Positions 56,591 to 64,000 of a stretch of 64,000 nt of DNA are shown in pieces (within the stretch, counting starts at the first letter, position 1; every line of letters begins with the position of its first letter). The translations under genes were made by a program, and so were the position numbers. Origin of the DNA: Acidimicrobiales bacterium (GTDB lineage Bacteria > Actinomycetota > Acidimicrobiia > Acidimicrobiales > DATDAH01); assembly GCA_041918615.1 (NCBI GenBank), contig JAYRVH010000054.1, positions 5,757 through 69,756 on the forward strand, given 5' to 3'. The notes beneath the pieces are model-generated. The model saw nothing but the letters and a program-made list of their open reading frames with translations. It had not been told where the DNA came from and made no database searches.

Positions 56591-56642
56591 GGAATTTCTT
56601 GGTGTTCGACCCCCGCTTCGGGGGGAAGTCACCAAGAAATCC
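56591..56642 (+). promoter_or_regulatory. long intercistronic stem-loop between the SBP and permease genes
   Basis: GGAATTTCTTGGTG ttcga CCCCC gcttcg GGGGG aagt CACCAAGAAATCC has a 13-bp outer stem (one bulge) plus a 5-bp GC inner stem. Confidence 0.5.
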
Positions 56643-56651
56643 GGGGTTCTT

Positions 56652-57518
56652 GTGAACGACATCGGCTCGGGACCGCCACCTGCGCCCCCGAGCCGGTTCG
56701 GGTCGTTGCGCCACGAACTCGGCGAGGACGGCGCCCGGGGCGCGCTGGTCGCCTTCGTGGCGACCGTCGTCTTCCTGGGCGGTGGCCTGTTCCTGATCCT
56801 GAACAGCGCGTCGTGGCCCAAGGTCCAACAGCAGTTCTTCAACCCCGAGAACTTCCGCGAGTCGTGGCCGGACGTGCTGGGCGGCTTCTGGCTCGACATC
56901 AAGATGTTCGCCGTCGCCGAGGTGCTCATCGTCGCCTTCGGACTGCTCGTCGCCGTGATCAGGAGCCTGCGGGGTCCGGCGTTCTTCCCCCTGCGGGTGC
57001 TCTCGATCATCTACATCGACCTCTTCCGGGGCATCCCGATCCTGCTCATCCTGTTCCTGCTCGGCTTCGGGGTGCCCGCCCTCGACCTGCCGGGCGTGCC
57101 GAAGGACCCGCTCTTCTGGGGCGTGGCGTCGCTCGTGCTCTCCTATGCCGCGTACACCGCCGAGGTGTACCGGGCGGGCATCGACTCGGTGCACGAGAGC
57201 CAGCGGGCCGCGGCCCGATCGCTGGGGCTGACCCAGTGGCAGACCCTGCGGTTCGCGATCGTGCCCCAGGCCATCCGCAACGTGATCCCGGCCCTGTTGA
57301 ACGGCCTGGTCAGCCTGCAGAAGGACGTGGCCCTGGTGAGCGTGCTCGGCATCCGCGAGGCCGTCCGCGAGGCCGAGGTCTACAAGTCGAGGACCTTCAA
57401 CTACACCTCGTTCGTGGCGGCGACGGTCCTGTTCCTGCTCGCCTCGGTGCCCCTCGCCCGCATCACCGACTGGTACACCAAGCGCGAGCGGGCCCGCCGC
57501 GGCCAGGCCCTCGTATGA
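56652..57518 (+). CDS. amino-acid ABC transporter permease
   Basis: GTG at 56652. His/Glu/Gln/Arg-type permease with the EAA-like loop (AAYTAEVYRAGIDSVHESQRAAARSLGL). Confidence 0.9.
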   Translation: MNDIGSGPPPAPPSRFGSLRHELGEDGARGALVAFVATVVFLGGGLFLILNSASWPKVQQQFFNPENFRESWPDVLGGFWLDIKMFAVAEVLIVAFGLLVAVIRSLRGPAFFPLRVLSIIYIDLFRGIPILLILFLLGFGVPALDLPGVPKDPLFWGVASLVLSYAAYTAEVYRAGIDSVHESQRAAARSLGLTQWQTLRFAIVPQAIRNVIPALLNGLVSLQKDVALVSVLGIREAVREAEVYKSRTFNYTSFVAATVLFLLASVPLARITDWYTKRERARRGQALV

Positions 57519-58351
57519 CCGACCAGCTGCGCAGCGGGGCGGAGCAGCACCACCGACCTGGGTCGGACCCCGAAGGGGCGCCGACGGAGGAGGCCCGAGC
57601 AGGCACGGTCCCCCGACTGGCGCTCAGCGGCGTGAAGAAGGCGTTCGGCGACAAGGTGGTGCTCGACGGCATCAGCCTGTCGGTGCGGCCCCACGGCGTC
57701 GTGTGCCTCATCGGCCCGAGCGGCTGCGGCAAGTCCACCCTGTTGCGCTGCGTGAACCTGCTCGACCCCATCGACGCCGGCCGCATCGAGCTCGACGGCC
57801 AGGAGATCAGCGCCCGCGGCGTCAACGCCAACACGATCCGACGGCGGGTCGGCATCGTGTTCCAGGCCTTCAACCTCTTCCCGCACCTCACCGTGCTCGA
57901 CAACGTGACCCTGGCACCGAGGCGGGTCCGCAACCTCCCCCGCCCCGAGGCCGAGGAACGGGCCGTCGAGGTGCTCACCAGGTTCGGCCTCGGCGACAAG
58001 GTGGCCGAGTACCCCGACCGCCTGTCGGGGGGCCAGCAGCAGCGCGCCGCCATCGCCCGGGCCATCGTCGGCGACCCCGAGCTGCTGCTGCTCGACGAGG
58101 TGACGTCGGCCCTCGACCCCGAGCTCGTGGGCGACGTGCTCACCGTCATCCGCGACCTCGCCGAAGGCGGCATGACGATGGTCCTGGCCACCCACGAGAT
58201 GGGCTTCGCCCGCGACGTGGCCGACGAGGTGTTCTTCCTGCACGAGGGCCGGGTCCTCGAGTCCGGGCCGCCGGCCCAGGTGCTCACCGAGCCCACGCAG
58301 GCCCGCATCCGCCAGTTCCTGTCGCGCGTGATCGCCTCGGGCCGGCTCTGA
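57515..58351 (+). CDS. amino-acid ABC transporter ATP-binding protein
   Basis: The ATG overlaps the permease TGA (ATGA). Walker A GPSGCGKST, signature LSGGQQQR, Walker B LLLLDE. Confidence 0.95.
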   Translation: MTDQLRSGAEQHHRPGSDPEGAPTEEARAGTVPRLALSGVKKAFGDKVVLDGISLSVRPHGVVCLIGPSGCGKSTLLRCVNLLDPIDAGRIELDGQEISARGVNANTIRRRVGIVFQAFNLFPHLTVLDNVTLAPRRVRNLPRPEAEERAVEVLTRFGLGDKVAEYPDRLSGGQQQRAAIARAIVGDPELLLLDEVTSALDPELVGDVLTVIRDLAEGGMTMVLATHEMGFARDVADEVFFLHEGRVLESGPPAQVLTEPTQARIRQFLSRVIASGRL

Positions 58352-58380
58352 ACGCCGGGCGGGCCGGTGGACGGCGAACG

Positions 58381-58420
58381 GGCCATCCGGGTCGCCTCGA
58401 TCGGCGGCCCGGATGGCCCG
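58381..58420. terminator. 12-bp GC-rich hairpin in a convergent gap
   Basis: GGGCCATCCGGG, a 16-nt loop, then CCCGGATGGCCC. It is followed by a short (actc)n run at 58422-58435. Confidence 0.4.
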
Positions 58421-58444
58421 ACTCACTCACTCACACCTGGCGGT

Positions 58445-60628
58445 TCAACCAGCCATCCGCCGACGGGCCGCACGACGGAACGCCGTGCCCGTGAGGATCA
58501 ACAGGCCGGCGGTCGCGAGCAGGCCGGCGATGTCGGCACCGGTGCGAGGGAGGTCGGTCGGCACGTCCGGCGCGAGGTCTCCCTCGGCACTCACGTCGAC
58601 CCGGGCCTCGTCGCTGTTGTTGTCGACGTTGTTGTCGTCGACGCCGTCGAGGCCGGCCACGTTGGTGACCGTCTGATCGGGGCCCGAGAGCACCGAGGTC
58701 TCGATCGTGAGGGACGAGCTCTCACCGGGCGCCAGGTCCACGTCGGTCACGCAGCTCACGGTGGGGTCGACGAACTCGCACGACCAGTCCTCGCCGGACG
58801 CATTGAGGAAGCCCAGTTCGGGCGGGAGGTCGTCGGCGACCAGGATGGGCTCGGTCGCGGCCGTGTCCCCCTGGTTGGTCACCGTGACGCCCCACGTGGC
58901 GGTGCGGTTGGCCTGGTCGAGCGACACGAGGTCCTTCGTGATGGCCAGGTCGGTCACCGGCGGGGCCACCACCTCGACGACGGCGACGTCCTCGTCGGTC
59001 ACCGCCTCGCCGATCGGGTGGTCCAGGTCGTCCACCGGCGTACCGGTGGCCCCTGCGGTGTTCACGAAGCCCGCGTCCACACCGCTCACGACGCACGTGT
59101 ACGGGGCGAACGACTCGCCGGGCGCCACGGTGTCGGTGAAGACATGGTCGCACGAGGTGGCCAGGGGGTCGTCGACGAAGGCCGACGAGAGGGGCACGTC
59201 GCCGGTGTTGGACACCACGATCTGGAACGTGGCATCCGCGCCCGGCTCGAGGACGGCCGATTCGACGAAGTCACCGGTCTCGGGATCCTCCACGGTCTTC
59301 TCGACCGAGATCGAGGCGACCGCCTCGTCCACCTGGGCCGTGTCCTGCGCGGTCACCGGGTCGATCCCCCCCAGGGGAAGGCCGGCGTCGTCGACCGGCA
59401 CGCCGGCGACCGTGGCGGTGTTGGTCAGGTCGCCGTCGATCGTCGACTCGACGTACAGCGCCGCCGACTCGCCGGGCGCCAGCGACGCCAGGTCACCGGT
59501 CGCCGCTCCGCCCACGATCGGCGTCATGTCGGAGGCGTCGATCGCCAGGTCGGCATCCACCACCGTCACCGGCGCCAACGTGGTGTCACCGTCGTTCGTG
59601 ACGACGAAGCAGTAGGTGACCGCATCGCCGTTCAGGCCCGCGACCAGGTCCGAGCCGGCACAGCCCGCCCCCGCGTCGTGGCCGAGGTACACCGTCTTGT
59701 CCACCGAGACCGACGGCCCCACCTCGTCCACCGCCGCGGTGTCCTCCGCGAGCACGGGCTGGCCGCCGGACAGGGGGTCGCCACCCGCGTCGACCGGTGC
59801 GCCGGTCACCGTCACGGTGTTCGTCAGGTCGCCGTCGATGAGGGACTCGACGTAGAGCGTGGCCGTGTCCCCCGGTGCCATCGACGCCAGGTCGCCAGAG
59901 AGCACCGTCATGTCCGCCTTCGTGAGCCCGAGGTCGGCGTCAGCCACCGTCACCGGTGCCAGGGTCGTGTCGCCGTCGTTCGTGACCACGAAGCAGTAGG
60001 TCACCGCGTCGCCGTTCACGCCCGTGGCCAGTTCAGAGCCGGCACAGCCCGCTCCCGCGTCGTGGCCGAGGTACACCGTCTTGGCCACCGAGACCGACGG
60101 CGCCACCTCGTCCACCGCCGCGGTGTCCTCCGCGGTCGCCGGGGCCGTCCCGACCAGTGGGGCGCCACCGCCGTCCACTGCGGTGCCCGACACCGAAACG
60201 GTGTTGGTGAGGTCGGCGCTGATCGTGGACTCGACGTAGAGCGTCGCCACGTCGCCCGCGGCCATGGACGCGAGATCGCCCGAGAGCACCGTCATGTCCG
60301 CCTCGGTGATCCCGAGATCGGCATCGGCCAGCGTGACCGGTGCCAGCGTGGTGTCGCCGGTGTTGGTCACCTCGAAGCAGTACGTCACCGCCGCCCCGTG
60401 GGCGCCCTGCACCAGTTCGGATCCTGCGCACGACGCACCCGCGTCATGGCCGGCGTAGACGGTCTTGGCCACCGTCACCGAGGGCCCCGGGGCCACCTGG
60501 GCCTCGGCCGTGGTCACCCCGGTCAGCAGGGCGGCCCCCACGGCGAACACGGCCAGGCCCCGCAGCAGCGTCACGACGCTGACACGGGACACTTGCCGTC
60601 CCATCGGGTCACGCCGTCGTCGATTCAT
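58445..60628 (-). CDS. LPXTG-type sortase-anchored surface protein with DUF11-like repeat domains
   Basis: Start candidates are 60628 (MNRRRRDPMGRQVSRVSVVTLLRGLAVFAVGAALLTGVTTAEA signal) or 60604. Three 128-aa repeats plus further DUF11-type domains (VTVTNQGD ...). C-terminal sorting signal LPRTGADIAGLLATAGLLILTGTAFRRAARRRMAG. Confidence 0.85.
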   Translation of the reverse strand: MNRRRRDPMGRQVSRVSVVTLLRGLAVFAVGAALLTGVTTAEAQVAPGPSVTVAKTVYAGHDAGASCAGSELVQGAHGAAVTYCFEVTNTGDTTLAPVTLADADLGITEADMTVLSGDLASMAAGDVATLYVESTISADLTNTVSVSGTAVDGGGAPLVGTAPATAEDTAAVDEVAPSVSVAKTVYLGHDAGAGCAGSELATGVNGDAVTYCFVVTNDGDTTLAPVTVADADLGLTKADMTVLSGDLASMAPGDTATLYVESLIDGDLTNTVTVTGAPVDAGGDPLSGGQPVLAEDTAAVDEVGPSVSVDKTVYLGHDAGAGCAGSDLVAGLNGDAVTYCFVVTNDGDTTLAPVTVVDADLAIDASDMTPIVGGAATGDLASLAPGESAALYVESTIDGDLTNTATVAGVPVDDAGLPLGGIDPVTAQDTAQVDEAVASISVEKTVEDPETGDFVESAVLEPGADATFQIVVSNTGDVPLSSAFVDDPLATSCDHVFTDTVAPGESFAPYTCVVSGVDAGFVNTAGATGTPVDDLDHPIGEAVTDEDVAVVEVVAPPVTDLAITKDLVSLDQANRTATWGVTVTNQGDTAATEPILVADDLPPELGFLNASGEDWSCEFVDPTVSCVTDVDLAPGESSSLTIETSVLSGPDQTVTNVAGLDGVDDNNVDNNSDEARVDVSAEGDLAPDVPTDLPRTGADIAGLLATAGLLILTGTAFRRAARRRMAG
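59335..60490. repeat. three tandem 384-bp coding repeats
   Basis: The marker gaagcagta(g/c)gt recurs at 59606, 59990 and 60374, exactly 384 nt apart. Confidence 0.9.
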
Positions 60629-60902
60629 GCTTCGTCCATTCACGCTTCGTCCATTCACCGTGTGTCCTCGCCATGCTCTTTCGTGATCCGCGTGTGTGCG
60701 CATTCTCCGAATTCCTTTCGAAGGTCGACTATCTGCTTCGGCATCGGGGAGACGACCTTTGAGTGTTTGCGGGTCGGTCCCATACCGGGTGAAACCCACG
60801 TGCCACCCGCACTGGGCCGAACCGCCGGACCGCCGGACCCGAGTGACCGGAGGCGCTCTGGGCGTCTCCGGTCACCCGTTCAAGGGGTCAACCGGTAGCG
60901 GT

Positions 60903-63900
60903 TCAGCCGGCCATTCGGCGCCTGGCGGAGCGGCGGAACGCTGCTCCGGTGGCGATGAGGAGGCCGGCGGCGGCGAGGAGGCCGGCGACGTCGGCGCCGG
61001 TGCGGGGCAGCGTGCCGGGGATGGCCGGCACGGGTTGCCCCTGGTTGTTGGTGTCGACGTCGGCGTGGTCGGTGTTGTTGGTGGCGTCCGTGTCGTCGGT
61101 GCCGTCGACGTTGGCGACGTTGGTCACGGTCTGGCCGGGGTCCGACAGGACGTAGGTCTCGACCGTTATCGACGTGGTGTCGCCGGGGGCCAGGTCGAGG
61201 TCGGTCACACAGGTCACGGTCGGGTCGACGAACTCGCACGACCAGTTCTCGCCGCCCGCATTGCGGTAGCCGAGCTCGGCTGGGAGGTCGTCGGTGACCG
61301 TGATCGGCTCGGTGGCCGCGAGGTCGCCCACGTTCGTGACGTCGATCTGCCACGTGGCGATGCCCGCGGTCTGATCGATGTCGACGAGGTCCTTGGTGAT
61401 GGCCAGGTCGGTCACCGGCGGGGCGGTGACGTTGACGGTCGCCGTGCCGTCGTCGGTCACGTCGTCGCTCACGGGCTGGTCCTGGCCGTCCACCGGCGTG
61501 CCGGTGGCCGTCACCGTGTTCACGAAGCCCTCCTCCACGCCGGTCACCACGCAGGTGTAGGCGACGAACGACTCGCCCGGCGCCAACGTGTCGGTGAAGG
61601 CCTGGTCACAGTCCGGGGCCGACGCGTCGCTCACCGTGACCCCTGAGAGCGGGACCTCGCCGGTGTTGGTCACCACGATCCGGAACGTGGCGTCGGCGCC
61701 CGACTCGAGGGTCGCCGAGTCGACGAACTCGTCGGTCTCGGGGTCCTCGACCGTCTTGTCGACCGAGATCGACGCCACCTGGATGGCCGCGGTCTCGCTG
61801 GTGCCGGAGCCTTCGGGCACGTCGCCGCCGGCGTCGCCGGTGACGGTCGCGGTCATCGTCATGCCGGCGGTCACGTCCGACACGTCGCAGGTCAGCACCC
61901 ACACCTCGTCGACGTCCAACACACCCGGGTTCACGGTGTCGCCGCTGACCACCTCGGGGGCGTTGTCGCACTGGGGGGCGTCGACGACGACGTCGGTGAT
62001 GGGGGCGTCGCCGGTGTTGGTGACCGTGAACCGGAAGCTCGCGGTGTCACCCGAACCGAACGTGGCCGCGATCCCGTCGTTGCTCCCCAACGTGGCCCCG
62101 TCGCTGTCGGCGTCGAACCAGTCACCCGTGAAGGGGTCGAGGACCTCGGTCAGGATCGTCATCGCCGGAGCGACCTCGTCGACCTCGGCGGTGTCGTCGC
62201 CCGTCACGGGGTCGACACCCTCCAACGGGACACCGGCGTCGTCCACCGGGGCGCCCGTGACCGTGGCCGTGTTGGTCAGGTCACCGTCGATGACCGTCTC
62301 GAAGTACAGCGACACCGTGTCACCCGAGGCCAGGCTCGACAGGTCACCCGACAGGACGACCATGTCGGCCTCGTCGATGCCGAGATCGGCGTCGACGACC
62401 TCGACCGGTGCGAGGGTGGTGTCACCGTCGTTGGTGACCTCGAAGCAGTAGGTGACATCGCCGTCGTGGACGCCCGTGACCGACTCGTCGCCGGCGCAAC
62501 CGGCGCCGTCGTCGTGGCCGCGGTACACCGTCTTGGCGACCGAGACCGCGGGGGCGACCTCGTCCACCTGGGCGGTGTCGTCGTCGGACACCGGGTCGAC
62601 ACCGTCGAGCGGGTCGCCGGCGCCGTCGACCGGGGTACCGGTCGCAACCGCGGTGTTCGTCAGGTCGCCGTCGACCGTCGCTTCGAAGTACAGCGTGGCC
62701 GAGTCACCCGCGGCGAGGCTCGACAGGTCACCCGACAGGGTGGTCATGTCCGCATCGTCGATCCCCAGGTCGTCGTCGACCACCGTGACGGGCGACAGGG
62801 TCGTGTCACCGTTGTTCGTCACCTCGAAGCAGTACGTCACCGCGTCGCCGTTCACGCCGTGCACGAGCTCGTCGCCCGCACAACCGGCGCCGTCGTCGTG
62901 ACCGCGGTACACCGTCTTGGCGACCATCACCGCAGGGCCCACCGCGTCGACCGCTGCGGTGTCCTCATCGGTCACCGGGTCCACGCCCGGAAGCGCAACA
63001 CCGGCATCGTCGACCGGCACCCCGCTCACGGCCGCGGTGTTCGTGAGGTCGCCGTCGAGGGCGGTCTCGAAGTACAGGCTCGCCGAGTCGCCCGGCGCCA
63101 GAGACGCCAGGTCACCCGACAGCACCGTCATGTCCGCCTCGGTGATCCCGAGATCGGCATCGGCCACCGTCACCGGCGACAGGGTCGTGTCGCCGTCGTT
63201 GGTCACGTCGAAGCAATACGTCACCGCGTCACCGTTGAGGCCCGACACCAGGTTCGAGCCGGCACAGCCCGCACCCGAGTCATGGCCGCGGTACACCGTC
63301 TTGGCAATGGACACGGCCGGAGCGACCTCGTCCACCTGAGCGGTGTCGTCGTTCGTCACCGGGTCGACACCGGCCAGCGGGTCGCCGTTTCCGTCGACCG
63401 GCGTGCCGGTCACCGCCGCGGTGTTGGTGAGGTCGCCGTCGATGGTGGCCTCGAAGTACAGGGTGGCCGAGTCGCCCGGCGCCAACGACGCCAGATCACC
63501 CGACAACACCGTCATGTCCGCCTCGGTGATCCCGAGATCGGCATCGGCCACCGTCACGGGCGCCAACGTCGTGTCACCCGTGTTGGTCACCTCGAAGCAG
63601 TAGGTGATTGCCTCGCCGTTGAGCCCCGACAGGAGCTCGGCGCCGTCGCAACCCGCACCGGCGTCGTGGCCGCGGTACACCGTCTTGGCGACCGAGACCG
63701 CCGGAGCGACCTCGTCCACGTCAGCGGTGTCCTCGTTCGTCACCGGGTCGACACCGGGCAGCGGGTCACCGTTGCCGTCGACCGGCGTGCCGGTCACCGC
63801 CGCCGTGTTCGTCAGGTCACCGTCGATGGCCGACTCGAAGAACAGGCTCGCCGAGTCGCCCGGCGCCAGAGACGCCAGGTCACCCGACAACACCGTCATG

Positions 63901-64000
63901 TCCGCCTCGTCGATGCCGAGATCGGCATCGACCACCGTCACCGGCGACAGGGTCGCGTCGCCGTCGTTGGTGACCGTGAAGCAGTAGGTCACCGCGTCAC
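60903..64000 (-). CDS. LPXTG-type surface protein, larger paralogue (5' end beyond the window)
   Basis: More than 1029 aa with no start in the window. At least 4.7 copies of the same 128-aa repeat, then unique DUF11-like domains. Sorting signal LPRTGADVAGLLAAAGLLIATGAAFRRSARRRMAG. Confidence 0.85.
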   Translation of the reverse strand, partial: DAVTYCFTVTNDGDATLSPVTVVDADLGIDEADMTVLSGDLASLAPGDSASLFFESAIDGDLTNTAAVTGTPVDGNGDPLPGVDPVTNEDTADVDEVAPAVSVAKTVYRGHDAGAGCDGAELLSGLNGEAITYCFEVTNTGDTTLAPVTVADADLGITEADMTVLSGDLASLAPGDSATLYFEATIDGDLTNTAAVTGTPVDGNGDPLAGVDPVTNDDTAQVDEVAPAVSIAKTVYRGHDSGAGCAGSNLVSGLNGDAVTYCFDVTNDGDTTLSPVTVADADLGITEADMTVLSGDLASLAPGDSASLYFETALDGDLTNTAAVSGVPVDDAGVALPGVDPVTDEDTAAVDAVGPAVMVAKTVYRGHDDGAGCAGDELVHGVNGDAVTYCFEVTNNGDTTLSPVTVVDDDLGIDDADMTTLSGDLSSLAAGDSATLYFEATVDGDLTNTAVATGTPVDGAGDPLDGVDPVSDDDTAQVDEVAPAVSVAKTVYRGHDDGAGCAGDESVTGVHDGDVTYCFEVTNDGDTTLAPVEVVDADLGIDEADMVVLSGDLSSLASGDTVSLYFETVIDGDLTNTATVTGAPVDDAGVPLEGVDPVTGDDTAEVDEVAPAMTILTEVLDPFTGDWFDADSDGATLGSNDGIAATFGSGDTASFRFTVTNTGDAPITDVVVDAPQCDNAPEVVSGDTVNPGVLDVDEVWVLTCDVSDVTAGMTMTATVTGDAGGDVPEGSGTSETAAIQVASISVDKTVEDPETDEFVDSATLESGADATFRIVVTNTGEVPLSGVTVSDASAPDCDQAFTDTLAPGESFVAYTCVVTGVEEGFVNTVTATGTPVDGQDQPVSDDVTDDGTATVNVTAPPVTDLAITKDLVDIDQTAGIATWQIDVTNVGDLAATEPITVTDDLPAELGYRNAGGENWSCEFVDPTVTCVTDLDLAPGDTTSITVETYVLSDPGQTVTNVANVDGTDDTDATNNTDHADVDTNNQGQPVPAIPGTLPRTGADVAGLLAAAGLLIATGAAFRRSARRRMAG
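62170..64000. repeat. at least 4.7 tandem 384-bp coding repeats
   Basis: The marker gaagca(g/a)ta recurs at 62442, 62826, 63210, 63594 and 63978, a 384-nt period. The array continues past the window edge. Confidence 0.9.

Noticed and set aside
58367-60898. 843-aa plus-strand ORF antisense to the LPXTG surface protein, and similar plus-strand ORFs through 61-64 kb
   Set aside because: It is the repetitive Arg/His/Gly-rich mirror of the coding repeats. The minus-strand frame has a signal peptide, domain repeats and a sorting signal.

Overview
64-kb window of a high-GC (about 70%) chromosome, most likely Actinomycetota. All functional calls come from reading the translated ORFs by eye; no database search or HMM was run.

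Most genes lie on the minus strand in long operons. Many junctions have overlapping stop and start codons (ATGA, GTGA, TGATG). The backbone is a conserved housekeeping block whose order, as I recall it, matches Mycobacterium:
- tilS-hpt-ftsH-folE-folP-folB-folK ... panC-panD-(nadB-nadC)-coaX-lysS
- sigH/rsrA
- holB-tmk-topA
- a DEAD-box/DUF1998 helicase
- a Tad/Flp pilus locus (ssd/cpaE-like, cpaF, tadB, tadC, flp, tadE)
- a HAD-IB phosphatase
- a group 1/2 sigma factor
- an amino-acid ABC transporter
- two tandem LPXTG-type repeat surface proteins; the second runs off the window end

Lineage-specific material sits on this backbone:
1. A small islet around tRNA-Thr(CGT), 28.5-33 kb. It holds a DUF222/HNH endonuclease and an MNT nucleotidyltransferase antitoxin whose HEPN partner looks truncated. 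It also holds an uncharacterised two-gene cassette (116-aa unknown protein plus a minimal AbiEii/DUF6036-like nucleotidyltransferase). I rate that cassette the best candidate for an undescribed toxin-antitoxin or abortive-infection module.
2. A mazEF-type module with a perfect palindromic operator. It sits between two diverged direct repeats that each carry the 5' half of an flp pilin gene inside the Tad locus.
3. An 80-codon hydrophobic micro-ORF encoded by a 30-bp tandem repeat, joined by overlapping codons to both coaX and lysS.
4. A dual-specificity-phosphatase-like gene inside the folate operon with the catalytic Cys replaced by Gln.
5. A scramblase-like gene embedded between nadB and nadC.
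6. A PAS-GGDEF-EAL gene whose frame breaks at the GGDEF/EAL junction.
7. Two copies of a conserved palindromic element with compensatory substitutions in convergent intergenic gaps.

The many long antisense ORFs in the six-frame track are treated as high-GC shadow ORFs.
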